Shown one piece after another: positions 30,001-43,547 of a DNA stretch of 64,000 nt. The DNA comes from the human T2T-CHM13v2.0 reference genome, Homo sapiens. The position numbers and the translations under genes were made by a program. The stretch is from the NCBI RefSeq assembly GCF_009914755.1, contig NC_060946.1; one strand, 5' to 3'. How positions within the stretch are numbered: position 1 is the stretch's first letter; the number at the start of each line of letters is the position of its first letter. The notes beneath the pieces were generated by a model. The model did not search any database, was not told the origin of the DNA, and saw only the letters and a list, made by a program, of their open reading frames with translations.

Positions 30001-32039
30001 TGCCTAGCCCTGCAGCGGTCACATCCCCGAACCCAGCCCTGCTGAGACCATTTCGTTTTTGCTCATCTCTATGGGCAGCACAGGCCTGACACGTAGTAGG
30101 CACTTTATAAACATGTGTTAATTGGTTGAATGAACATAAGCAATGATCATCTCCATTGCTGAGATAAATAAACCACAGCTCAGAGAAACTAAGTGATTGC
30201 CCAGAGCTGGAGGGTGGAAGGTTTGCAATCTGAACCCAGGTTTGCTCGACTCCAGACAGGGTGCTGGGGGCGACCACATAGGCTTTGCAGCGAGTCTCCT
30301 TGGCCTTGGATCAGAGCTTTATCACTAACTAGCTGGGTGATCTAGGGCAAGTTACTTCACGGGCTTCAGCTTCCTCATCTGTGAAACGGGAGCCGTGCCC
30401 CACACCTTGCAGGTATACCAAACATAGAAAGGACCAGAAGCTAGCAGGGCACCCAGAACATTAGCAGCTGATCCATAAACCGTTCTTATCCGATGTTGCC
30501 TACTCTACTGTTCCCAAAGCTGATGGTTTAGGTACCAGAGAGGGTCCTGTGTGCCCCTTGGCAAATGAAATTGTGTTTGAACTCCATGTCTACGTCTGAT
30601 TTCCCCAGTTCATCTTTCCGTGCTTTGCTTGTTCCTTTAGTTGGCACGGATTTCCCTCTGCCTTACCTGTTGGTTTACTGCTTCCCTGCCTAGTACAAGC
30701 TCTTCAAGGGTGGGAAATTTTGTGCCTCTGCATCGCCCCACCATGCTTTGCACACAGTAGGTGCTGAATAAATGTCTGCCGGCCATAGAGTAGGAACTCC
30801 ATTAGCACTCGTTGGCCTGGTTTGTTTTATTGCAAAGAGCAAACTTCCAGATGGGAACAGCAGAGATCCAGGCAGGAGATCTCCTTCAACTGAGACATGG
30901 CCTCAACTTTTACGGCCACCACCGGGAGTGACCTTGGGCCATCAGCCCTGGGTGGAAGTCCCTTATTTTAGCCTAGAAACCCAACTCCAGGGCTCCGGTG
31001 GGACAGGTCCCCCTAAGTCCAGGGGAGCTGAGGTGGGCCGGCTCACACCCCCTGGGCCCTCACTGTCTCCCTACCAGGCGGGCATACCACTTGCTCCATG
31101 GGGCTGCTCTCAGGGTCAGGGCCACGAGGAGAAGCACACTGCCACGAAGGGTGCTGGCCTGGGTGCTGGAATTGGGAAGGCACGCAGGTGACCTCCAACG
31201 TGGAAACCTCTCCTATCTCCCCAGATCCCTCCCTCAGTGGATAACCATTCCAGTGTATCCCTAATAAGGCTCTTGTCCCTCACTGACACCTTTCCCTGCT
31301 GAATCCACCATGCCCCAGCCAGCTGGGCTCTGAGTCCAAGTTACAAACTCAGCTGTTTCAATGGTTCCCCCTTTTGAGCCCCTGGCCTGGGCCAGTTCTG
31401 CACCCATCAAAGTTCTCTGCATGTGCTACTGTCTCGAATGTTGGAAGTAGGCACCACTGTGATCCCATTTTACAGATGAGGAAGCTGAGGCCTGGGGAAA
31501 GGGGGACTTGAGCGAGAACACACAGCTGAAAGGGGCTTAGCTGGAAACCCCAACCCTGCTGAAGGCCCTAGATGCCCCACTGTCCTCCAGGGGGCCACAC
31601 TGGGTCACAGGGCGAGGGGCTCAGGCCAGACTCAGTTTCCTCCCCTATTAAAGGGAGAGCTTGGCCGAGACAATCATGGGCCTTCTTCAGCTCAACAACC
31701 CTTTGTTTCTCTCTGTCCTCCTGAGTTATTTGGTTGCACCATGGAGATAAAACAACCCCTGGAAATCCCAGAGGCATTTTTTTCCCACTGGAGAAACACA
31801 AAAATATCACATGAAGAATGAATCACTTAAAGTGTCAGGGCAGGAAGAGGAAAGACAGGCATGGCGCTCGCCTCGGGGTGGGGGTGGCTCTGGGTTTCTC
31901 TTCAGCTCCCTCAGCCTCCCTGGTCCCCAGAACCCCTTCCTCACTGGAGTGAAGAGAAGCCAAAGCCCTAAGCCTCAGTTTCCCAATCTGTAAATGGGGA
32001 CAACAAACCTGCCTTGAAGGCGTATTCGGAGGGGCCAAT

Positions 32040-32083
32040 GCATTCATTTGTTCATTCATTCATTCATTCATTCATCTATTCAC
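32040..32083. repeat. (TTCA)n, probably an L2 tail remnant
   Basis: Read directly. Confidence 0.75.
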
Positions 32084-32601
32084 TTATTTCGTACCGGTGT
32101 GATGCTGGACTGGGACTGCAGACTCTGAAGTGGGTCGAACAGACCCACCTCACCCCCGTGAAGCCAACCAAATGCCCTCCAGGCCATGACTAGGGCATCC
32201 TGAGAGCACTCCCTAGGCCATGCCGGACCCTCCCCCGAGCCTTTGGCCTTCTCTCCAACCCCTCTCTATGCAAGGCTCTTGACACAAGGACACTGAGGCA
32301 CAGAGACGGTCAGCAACTTGCTCAAGGTCACACAGCAGGTAGGTAGTAGCACCAGCATCTGTGCACCCCCACAGGGCTCCCACCCCTCTAGATCAGAGCC
32401 TGCTCCCCATCTTGCCCCACTGGCATAGCCGTCACCCCGGCCCCTCCCATTCTTCTGTGACTAGGAGTCACTTAGCAGCCTTGCCTGGCTTCTCCCTTAG
32501 ACCCAGTGCTTAGCCAGGGCAGGGACCCCAGGGTCAGCGTGAAGGAACAGAGGTGCCCCTGCACAGTGAGGACCTGGAAACCTCCACAGGCTGCTCCTTA
32601 C

Positions 32602-32810
32602 CTGCCGAGCCCTGTGACTGAGGGACCAGAAGCCCCCTCCGCTGGCTGCGGTCTCCCTGCAGCTGCTGGCCTCTTCCCCGGCTCCTGGTTGCCACCAACC
32701 TTAAACCCCAATAAAAGGAGAGCAACTTGGTCGAGCCTTGTATAGGCAAAAGAGTGTTTTCCAGCGCAGGCTGGCCTCTGTGTGCTGACAAGAATTCAGT
32801 GTGCTCCTCA
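32602..32810 (-). other. SHISAL1: Candidate non-coding first exon of SHISAL1 (proximal promoter); 5' end approximate
   Basis: Strong donor GGCAG|GTAAGG at 32602/32601; GC box GGGCGGGG (32811-32818) and AP-1/MARE-like GCTGAGTCAGC (32833-32843) just upstream. The TSS cannot be fixed from sequence. Confidence 0.55.
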
Positions 32811-34579
32811 GGGCGGGGAGTGGGGCTAGGGCGCTGAGTCAGCCCTGCAGGAGTCCAGCTCCCGCCTGGGCCTAGGGCCGCCACCTCCCAGGCCCAGGAT
32901 GGCAGCGGCTGCTCCCGCAGTCCCCACGCACTCCAGCCTCTGGTCTTACAGCCTTGTCCATCCTCAGAGCACCAGCAAGAGCCCCATTTTACAGGTGAGC
33001 AAACTAGAGACACTCCCTGTGAGATCCCACAGCTAGAAGCAGCAGGGGCTTAGACCCAGGGCACCGGGCTCCAGGTCCGCACCTCAGCAGATGCTTGGCA
33101 CAATACATGTGGGTTCCCTCCCGTGGCCCTCAGTCTCTGTTGGGCAATGGAGGTCAGTGGCACCACTGCACAAGCCCCTCTGGCCAGCATGGCCCGGGGA
33201 GGGGTGTGGGTAAAACAAACGGTCCCCACACCAGCCCGGGGAGGAAGGGTAGCTGGGACCCGAGAGCCCACAGAGGGTGTGTGGCACCTGCCTGACTCCA
33301 AGCTGGGCTGATCTTCCTGCTGTTGCCCCCCTACCCCTGGCCTGTCCCCACCCAGCAGCAGAGGGTCCTCCCTGCCAGTAGGAATGGGGTGGGGATGGGG
33401 CAGGAACAGGGCGGGGGATGCCCACACCTGCCACTGTTCGAAACACATCAGTGGCTTCCATGACTGTCTGGACACAGCCCAGGGGCCTGGCTGGCCTCTG
33501 CAGCCACACTTCCTGGGTGCCAGGCACCCCCCCAGCCCATGGCCGTCTCCCACCCCTGGGCCTTCGTGCATCGTGGTACCTTGGCGGCGCCCTTGGCTGG
33601 CTTCTGGGTGGCATTTAAACGCAGCCATAAAGGAGGCCAGCCCTCCTCTGCCTCCCACCCATCCCTGGAAGCCTGCCCATCCTGAGCCAGGCCAGAAATA
33701 AACCTCCTTTTTCCATTCCTTTCGGTGGACAGAGAGCGAGTTCAGACTGGTCTGGGTGCCCCTCATCTAACCACGGTCCCAACAATGGCAGCCCAGAGCG
33801 ATGGGTGCCACGATGGGAAACCAGGGGGCTATGGGCGCCCAGAGTGCCTGATGCAGCCTGACGGGGTAGGGGCCGGGAGTGGGGGTGGTATTTATTTAAT
33901 CTTCATGATTAGGAGGGGCTGTGATTATCCCCAATTTACAGATGCGGAAACTGAGGTACAGAGTTTCAGTAACTCGTCCTGGGTCGCCTGGCTGGGGACT
34001 CAGACCAGGGGGTCTGGTGTGGACACCTGAAGGATGAGTCGGGCGGTGGGGCGGGGGTGGGGGTGGGGGAGTGTTCCTGGCAGAGGGAACAAGGCACACA
34101 AAGTTCCTCCTGCCTCTTGTCTGGGGCTCAGCATAGCAGCAGAGAAACAAAAGGGCTCTGAGCTTGGGGTTTGAACACGGGTTCAAGTCCCTTGCCGCTT
34201 CTCAGCTGTGTGATCCTGGGCATGTTTCTCTGTCTCTCTGAGCCTGGACTGCCCTGTGGATTTTGTTATAGTTCAAAGCAGACCTCCTGTGCACCAGATC
34301 TGGAACACCTATGACATAGAAAAGTATGGGTCCGCCAATGACATTTACTCCTTGCGATCCACCCTACGAGGCAGGAATTTTAAAAGTTCACCTTTGACAG
34401 AGGTTGGAAGCACAACAAAGACCAACCTGCCTGGCAGACCGGGGTGAGGGCTGCCTGGAGGGAAGGTGACCCCACCTCAGGGAGGCCACTGTGACCACAT
34501 CCTCTTGCACAGTGGGTCTTTGCCTCAGCAACTGTGGGGGAGGAAAAGCACCAACATCCCCTCTCGGCCGAGGGGACCA

Positions 34580-35000
34580 GGCTCTAGAAAGCTCACAGCG
34601 GCGCTATGGAAAAACCTGGAGACAGCCCTGGAGACGGCCCAGTGGATGAATAGGAAAATGCATGGTGTTATGGCCAAACACCGGAACACTCTTCAGCTAC
34701 CCAAATGCACTGCAGCCGCACAGAACATTACGGGGCATCTCAGCGCTATGAGGCTAGAGAGAAAGTAAAGTCTCCAAAGATGAAGTTCAGCACAGTACGC
34801 TTTCTAGAAGGCTAAAAAGAACTGTAAATAAAATGTTCTTTTTGAGAGTGCATCTGGCTATAGCAAGGCATACAGCGGGACGTGGGGTGAAGTGGGCCCT
34901 GCTTGGGAGCGCACAGGCTGACGTTCCTGCTCTCAGGCTGAGGGATGGGTCAAGGATGTTTCTTATATTATTAACAAACAAACAAGTAAATAAAGAAGTC
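34580..35000 (+). mobile_element. Possible ancient L1 (L1MC/ME) 3' fragment
   Basis: aaaaacctggagacagccc...cagtggatgaataggaaaatgcatggtg motifs; weak similarity. Confidence 0.45.
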
Positions 35001-36209
35001 TTGGCAAGGACTGCCGAGGGCGAATACCAGGAAGCAGGCAGAGACATGGGCCTGACTCCATGGCCTGGAGTCTGGAAAATAGAATAGAAAATCAAGGTTC
35101 AAAATATATGTAAAGAAAAATAATGATTACAGTACCCCCCAGCCCCCATCCATTGCACACAGGCCCACCCCTCTGGGCAGCTGAGACCCACACAGGGGCC
35201 TGGGTGGGGACTGCAGAAGCTGCTTTGGCCTGGCTGCGGGTCCCTGAGAAAGGAGCGTTTTTTTCCGGTTCACAGTCCCAGGCTGCTGGGTGTGGTGCCG
35301 GAACTGTCCAATTCCAGTAGGGAATCGGTGTGAATTCCCAGCCTCCTCCTACTGAGCCCACATACACCTCGTCCCTTTGAGACCCTCCCAGTTATAAACT
35401 CTCTGTGCCTCAGTTTCCCCATCTATAAACTGAGGACACCAGGCCATATAACATCCTCCTATATTTCCATGTTTGGAACTGAGCTGGTGGCCCCATGTCA
35501 CCTGGGCCACAGAATCCCAATGCTGCTTCTTACGCTGTTGTTACCTGCCTGGCGGGTCACCTGCCTCGAGGAGGCTTGGTTTCTTCCTTTGTGGATGGTG
35601 CCATGCCTCCATCCTGGCCCCTCCAGGTCAAGGGGAGGATGACTGAGATGAAGAACACGCAGGGCCCTGCCTGAGCCACTGCTGGGGAGTTGCTGCCTCC
35701 TTCATAGGCTCACAGGCAGCAGTTCCCCGGCCTCAGGTGATTCCGCAATGGCAGGATGGGTCTCCATCCTGGCCCTCAAAGGATTCACAGTCCGGGGCAG
35801 GGAGGGGAGAGGCATTGCACAGTGTAAACCGCCCATATCGATGTGGAGCAGGGCAATGATAACCCCCCAGGGGCCAAGTGCTCTCTGCAGTGCCCGTGAC
35901 AGACCTGGTCTCCCACACATCATGCTCCTGCAACAGGACATGTCATTCTGTGACTTGCCCAAGGTTACAAATAGCAGGCCCCCACGTGGAATCCAGATTT
36001 GGAGCAGACCAAGCCAGGGAACCCAGTTGGGACGTGGTGCACCCTGGGGAGAGGGACCTGGGTCAAGGATGCAGGATGTGGTGGGAATCGGCCAGATCTT
36101 ACTAGCTTGGGACCTCGGACAAGTGAGTGACCACTCTGAGCCTCAGTTTCCCCAGCTATCTAATGGGAATGGTACCCAGGGTAGGCCAGGATGAACAGAG
36201 AGATCCCCG

Positions 36210-36645
36210 GAAGTGGCTGCACCAGGGCTGCACAGACCTGTTGGATCAGAACCAGGGTGGGGGGTGGGGGGGCAAAGGATTTGCATCTCTCCCAGCTTTC
36301 CAGGGTGTTCTGATGCCCACTCAAGGAAGAGCTGCTGGGCCAGCTTTGCAAGCCACCCAGTCTTTGTCCACTCTGCAGTTATAGACAAAAAAGAGCTGTA
36401 GAGAATCCTACATGAATGAGTGATGGTGTGTTCCAATAAAACTTTATTCACACAAACAGGCAGCCCCAGTTTGCAAACTTCTGGGTGAGATCATTGCTAC
36501 CCCAAGCACAGCCCACAAACCAGCAACCCTGGCATCTCCCGGGAGCTGTTGGAAATGCAGGCTCTCGCGCCACCCTTCCGGCTGAATCAGAGGCTGCGCG
36601 CTAACCCATTCCCCAGCACCTGCAAGTCTGAGAAGACCTGGGCTG
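36210..36645. mobile_element. Cluster of MER5A-like and MER58A-like DNA transposon remnants
   Basis: gtgttccaataaaactttattcacacaaacagg (MER58-like) flanked by MER5-like ggaaatgcag...ctgaatcaga motifs. Confidence 0.6.
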
Positions 36646-39600
36646 GAGCATGTGGCAGGTTCTCTGGGCAGCTACCTGGCCCTGCCACTTCCTTCTGAAG
36701 CAGATTATGGGGCGGGCAGGAGGGGGAGCTGGGGGTTGCTGCCTAGAGAGTTATAACAAACCAAAGCACCAACGCGGCTAATTGGCAGCAGCTGCTGTTT
36801 CAACCAGAGACTTGTCAGCTGTGATTAAGCGAAGTTGCCTTTAGGCCAATCAACTTCAAAATTATGCAAATAGAGCTGCAGTGGAGACCACAGGGATGGT
36901 GCTGAGCCAGCTCCCCAACCCCTGACCTGGCACGCTTAACCCCCCATCGTCGGCTGGAGGGCCCCTGTCCATCCTCACCACTCCCTGGACCAGTTCCACT
37001 TCTGGGGGTTAATGAGCCTCCCACCCACACTCTGTGTAATTGGCATGGAAGCTGCTGGGCGGGTGCGATTCAGCTCCGAGAGCCGGGCCAGGATGGAAGG
37101 ACGTGCCTCTCGAATGGATCAGCTGCTGCACCGACGAGCAGGGCCCGGTCAGCCACACCGGCCCGCAGCAAGCCAGGCCTGTCCTTACTCGGGGCGGTCC
37201 GCGCCCAGGAGGACTCCCTGGCGGCAATGGCTGGACAGCGAGGGAAACAGGTGCTTTCAAAGGTGGTAGGAAGTGGCTCTCGGCTGCCTTCTTGAGCCCT
37301 TGCAAACCCTTGCTGGCCCCATCAGCTTTCCTAGGCCCAGATGTGAACAGACAACAGCCTCCTCCCACCTCATCTGCCTCCATGCCTGTGGCCCCAACAC
37401 CCCAAACCTGCTGTGCCGCCAGGTGGACTTCTCAGCTGCCCTGGCCCTGTGGTCTCTGGTCTCAGGTTTGCTGCCTTGCTCTGTGGGCTGTTCCCATGGG
37501 GGCCGAACCCCCAGGAAGAATAAACCACTGGATGGTGCATTGTTGGGGAAGGCAAGGAGGGCAGACCCCCTGACACCAGACTTAGAACCCAGAACTGTGT
37601 CCGCTTCAGACACAGACTCCCCAAGTCCTCTCCGTCCTCCCCCGCAGCATAGCAAGCACCAGGCTCCACTTTCTGTTGAATCCTTCTCTGCTTAGTCGTC
37701 CCCAAACTAGAGATCTGTTCTGATACTGAGTTTGCACTTTGGAAGCAACAGGATGGCTAATGAACATGTCTGCCCTGTCTGCTGAGCACGGGGCCCTCTG
37801 ACCTTCCCGAGCTGGGCTCTGCCACTGCAGCCTCCTGACACCAAGGGGCCTGAGAGGGAGCAGGGACCGAGGGGCAGAGAGAAGCCCCTCCAGGGGAAGG
37901 CCCCACATTCAGGCTGGCTGCCCCCCGACCCAGTCCAGCCCATCCAGGAGCCCACCGTGGGGGCGGGGAAGTCCAGGGCAGACAAGCCTCTATCCCGAGA
38001 GTCCTCTCTGCAGGCCCGATGCCATGCACCAGGCTTCAAGAGAAGGCCTCCTGCTTTCCAAAAAGGAACATCCCTTATAACGGGGAGAAAACTGCTAAAC
38101 TGCGTAGCATCGGTCGACATCTGGGTAAATGGTATTATGGAAGTCTAATTAGTGTGCTGTTGCTTTGGGGGAGTGTTGGCTCACAAATTTCTGGGGAATG
38201 GAGAGGTAACATCAAAAAGTATTTATGAAAGTGCTTTGTCAGCAGGAAAGCAATCGGGACTGGGATGGCAAGTGCAGAATGCCAGGGGGAAGCGGGTGCT
38301 GGGCCCAGGCCTGGCGGAGGCTGGCCACAGCCATAGCTAGAGAGAGGACAGGACGTGCAGGCTGGCCTGGGGGAGGGAACCCAGCTGGCCCTGTGATCCT
38401 GGACATGTGACTTAGCCTCTCTGGACCCTTACCTCTGAAGCAGGCTGCTAACCCCAGTTTTACTTCGGTGGTGTGAGGATTAAATGAGATGATGTATGTG
38501 AAACTCAGAGCCCACGCTAGGTGGTTAGGAGGGGTCAGTCACCAGGGCTGCCTTTTTCCCTCTCATCCTCTCCGGAGGCTCGCGGCCTGCTCAGTGCTGT
38601 CACACAGGTTCTTTTAGGTGAGTAGCACAGTGACCCTGAGAAGTGAGTAAGGGCTGTTCATGACCCTCGGGTGAGGACACAGAGCCCCAGAGAGGCTGTC
38701 ACTCCCAGAGGGTCACACAGCTCATATGTGGCAGACTTGGGACTGGCACCCAGATCTCTCACTTCCCAGCATGGGGCTCCCTCCAGGATGCGGCGCTGGC
38801 CACAGCTGGCACCACCCACAAGTCCCCAGCGTGGCTAAGGATGGAGGCTCAGACACTTGGGGCTCAAAGGGTCCCGTTGTACCATGGCTTCGCCTCTCAT
38901 TGTCAGCCAGGGAACCTGCCCAGGACAGTAGCCCGTGAAGACTCCAGGCCACGGAGGCAGAACCAAAGTAAGAGTGGAACTGTATAAGCCCTGGCCTCGC
39001 ACGCGGTGGAGACAGGAGGAAAAGGCCATTCCTTGAGCACCTCCGATGTGTTCAGCACTATCCTGGGTGTTTCACAAGTATCATCCCCTCCAATGTTCCC
39101 AAAAGGAGGGGCTACTGCCCAAGTCTGCAGATGAGAACACAGCCTCGGAGAGATTGTGTTGCCTGCCGAAGATCACACAGCTGCTGAGCTTCTGGGACTT
39201 GGACCCGAGCTGGTTGGGTTTCCAAGTCAAAGTTCTTTCTAGGACTCAGGCTCTTGGCCTTGGCCCTTGGGGATGAAGGGGAAAGAGGAGGGAGCTGCCA
39301 CTCCCTGAAATGAAACCACTTCCCCATTACTGGGAACAGCTCCCTCTCCCAGTGACAGGTGAAAAACACAAGAGACCATTCTGGGATCCACTGGTCCCAT
39401 TTCCCACCAGTGCCAGATGTCCCCACACTCACGATGTCCCGGCAGACCCCGCCCCTGGGTGAAATCCTCCAGCCGCAGAAACTCCCCACACCACAGCGGA
39501 GAGGGAACTGCTCCCTTCGGGGACAATTCAGACCATGTGGAAGGAAGGCTCTGGCTTTCGGCTCTCCTGCCCTTCCCACCACTCCGGTCTGGCCTCACAC

Positions 39601-42600
39601 TAAACATGCTTATTTTAAAACAATCAGCATTTGGCTCAAGTCGTGAAAGATTAAATGTAGGAGTTGTGTTAGGAGGAGTGGGATGCACTGTGCCGGGGAA
39701 AGAAAGGGGTCGTCAGTGTGGGAGGCCCCTAAATGTCTCAGACCTAGCTCCTGGCCCCAGGGATGGGCGGCGGGGTGGGTGGAAATCAGGTCTCGAGGGT
39801 GATGGATCTGATTCCAATCCCACCTCCATCTCTAACAGACCATGTGACTGTGAATGGGTCACTTCATTTAAAGCCTCAGTTTCCTTCCTTCCTTCCCCCG
39901 TCCCTTTCTTCCTTCCATCATTCAGGCAAGAAACTTTTACTGAGCACCTACTATGTGCCAGCCCTGATTCTATGGCCTGAACCCTGGGGGTATAGGAGTG
40001 AACTAGGCAGAGACACCTTAACCTTGGCATGGAGAGGCCTTGTCTGGCAGTGTGGGAGAGAGGGACAGAAGGACCTCCCTCAGGGTGCCTGTTGGAACAC
40101 AAACGTCCGATCTTAGCCATGTCCATGTCTGAGTTCCTATACACTGTTGGTTCCTGGAACCAACAGGGATGCTGCCCCTCTGAGACCCCCTATTGCCAGC
40201 CCAGAACTGGGCATGGAGGAGAAGGCAGCAGGCATTGGGGATAAGTGGGCCAGGCCGTGGATCAGGGGGCAGGGAGGAGGTGCGAGGCCCTGGCCAGGGC
40301 CTTGGACAGTCCGCAAATAAACTCCAGCTCATCCCTCTGCCCAAGTGAGCTGAGAGGGAGAGAAAATAGCTTTCACACTATATTTTCTAATTTTTTTCCA
40401 CTCCACTGCTTCTAAATCGATCCAGAACAGATTGTCCAATTGTTTGAATTTCAGGAGAGATGTCTCCTGATCTTTTCCTAGTTCTGCCTAAGATTCTGCC
40501 AGGCCGCCGCCCTCCCCCTGTGACCCCCTCTTTGGCCCAGCTCCAGCCGATGTCCAGGCTGTCCGGGGCTCGACCCCTGGCCTGTGGACCTGCAGGTGAT
40601 GGAGGAAGGGCTGCACTCCCAGGTGGTGCTCATGCCCAGGGAGGCCCTGGCAGCAGCTCGTCCCTAGAGGGGAAGGCTTTGCTTTTGCAGGAAGAGCTGA
40701 ACTAGCCAGCACTGTGGGGCAGTGGAGTCTCACCAGAGGCCAGCCACAACCCACCATCTTCTTCCATACGGAAAGTGCTTTGGGTTTTGGGCTGAGTCAA
40801 GACACAAGCAACTGGGAAGGGGCATCATCGTCCCCATTATTCACAGCAGCAGGAATAAACAGGTGTCATCTCGGGCACTGACATGCCTGGGGCTGCCTGG
40901 GAGACTGCAGGCCTCCAGGGTCCAGCCACGATGGTGGATTAGCAATGTCTAATGGTAGCAATGTCTGCCCCGGGCACAGCAGTGAGAGTGGCAGTGCTCC
41001 AGCCACACAGTTGCCATCCAGGTCCACAGGGTAATGTCCAAACCCAGTAACTCTCCAGCAATCCAGTAACTAACCCACCTGCGACGAGAGTCCTCCAGCC
41101 TTGGCTTCTGCTTAGCCTCAGCTTCTGCTCAGCTTTCCACAAGTGCCACGGAACAGCCATACGGAGCTCCCAGAAGTCTCCCAGACCCATTTCCCAGGCT
41201 CTAGATGCATGGTTCCCTCTGCCTCAAATATCCCCGCTCCCCTTGCTTGTCAACCTGGTCATCTCAGACTCCACCTCCTTGGATGCTGCCTCCTCTGGGA
41301 GGGTCCCCTTGATGCTCAGCCCCTTTCCTACTGGCAGAATTGCTCCCCATCCTCTGTCATCACCCACACCTGTGCATTATCTTACACAGGGCTAGAGTCT
41401 GGAGCCAGAACAGGTGACTGTGTTCACGAGTCCCTGCAGACTGTGAGCCTGTGAGGACGGGCCCTGGGTACTATCTCAGGAGTGAATAAACCCATGACAT
41501 GCACCGGACAAGTGGCCGGCCCATGCCTGCCTGGCACCCACCCCCTTCTGAGGAAGCAGCAGGCAGCAGAAACCAGCCCCTGGTTGTTAAGATGCAGGGA
41601 AGCGGGACCAACCCCAGCGCAGCTCCTCTGTGGCTCCTGCAGGCCCCACACCTTCCCCAGGTGTCTCTCCTCCCCAAAGAGGAGTCAAAGAACAACCAAG
41701 GAGTGGAGAGGGCCGGCCCTTCGGAGCACTCTGCATGGTCCCTCCTGGGTTCAGACTCCTGCAGGAGGGCCTGCTGTGAACACATTTTACAGAGAAGGAA
41801 ACCGAGGCAGACAGGAGGCAGGAGGCTGGGCAAAACCACATGGTGGTGAAGGGTGGACACAGGAGTGTGGTGACCCTGAGGCCCCACACCAGCACCCCTC
41901 CTGACCACAAAGTGTATTCAGCCTCCCCAGCAGAAAGAACAGAAGCCACCAGGTCCAAATCCTGGCTTTGCAACATAGTGGCTGCGTGCCCTTGGGGAAG
42001 TCCCTTTGCCTCTCTGAGCTCCTAGTGAGAATGGCAACCTGTCTCTTCTCACAGAAAGTTATGAGAATTAAACAAGGTGATGTTGGCAAAGTGCCCAGGA
42101 TAGGGCTACGGTGAGCAGGTGAGGGTCTCCCCATCAGGTTGGGGCTCCAAGGGCCTTGGGCAGAGCACTCCCATCCCTGGGCCTGGTTCTGCCCATGAGT
42201 TGGAGGTGCTGCCTCACTGCCCCAGGTGCCCCCTCTACCCCTTCCCTGACCGTGTGCCTCAGGTCTCCTCAGGAGGGGACCAGAGAGTGCCCAGGCTGAT
42301 GTTTCATGAGCTCCGCCAACTCCAAATCCACCTCTGCTCCCTGTCACCCACTGCATGGAGCCCAAACACCTCCCTTGACTTTCAGTTTGACTTTACAGGT
42401 TGCAAACCACCTTCAAATGTGTTATCTTTGCAAGCCAGTCCTCTCCCCACATTATGGAGGGGGAAACAGAGGTTCAGAGTGGCATGGGAACTTGCCTATG
42501 CTGAAGCTGAGGAGTCACAGCCTGAACTCGGCTCTGTCCAGCTCCAGAACCAAACTGTGAGGGAACCAAGGAGCCTGGGCCCCCAGACTTGGGCCACCAT

Positions 42601-42739
42601 CCCTAGTCAACAAAGATTCATGCAGCAAAGAGAGAGATCATCCAGCTACACAACGCATCCCACCTTGTCGCTCTCGTCCTCAAAGGGAAGCTTCTGCCCC
42701 CAAACTTCAGCCTCTTCCTTGGCTGCCCTGATCTTAATT

Positions 42740-43547
42740 TCATTCATTCACTAATTCATTCATTTGTCCATCCACCCATCCATCTGTCCGTCCACCCATC
42801 CATCCATCCATCCACCCACCAACCTCACCCACCCATTCATCCATCCATCCACCCATTCATCCATCCATGCATCCATCCACCATCCATCCATCCATCCATC
42901 CATCCATCCACCCACCTCACCCACCCATCCACCCATCCATCCATCCATCCATCCACCCATCTACCCACCTCACCCACCCGTTCATCCATCCATCCATCCA
43001 CCCATTCATCCATCCATCCATCCATTCATCCATCCATGCATCCATCCACCATCCATCTGTCCACCCATTCATCCACCCATTTATCCATCCATCCATCCAT
43101 TCATCCATCCACCATCCATCCATCCATCCATCCATCCACCTCACCCACCCATTCATCCATCCATCCATCCACCCATTCATCCATCTATCCACCCATTCAT
43201 CCATCCATGCATCCATCCACCATCCATCCATCCATCCATCCACCCATTCATCCATCCATCCATTCATTCATCCATCCATGCATCCATCCATCAACCATCC
43301 ATCCATCCATTCATCCATCCATCCATTCATTCATCCATCCATGCATCCATCCATCAACCATCCATCCATCCATCTACCCACCTCACCCACCCATTCATCC
43401 ATCCATCCATCCACCATCCATCCATCCACCCACCTCACCCACCCATTCATTCATCTATCCACCCATTCATCCATCCATGCATCCATCCACCCACTCACCA
43501 TCCATCCATCCATCCATCCATCCATCCATCCATCCATCCATCTATCA
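42740..43547. repeat. (CCAT/TCCA)n degenerate tetranucleotide array, about 800 bp
   Basis: Read directly. Confidence 0.95.
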
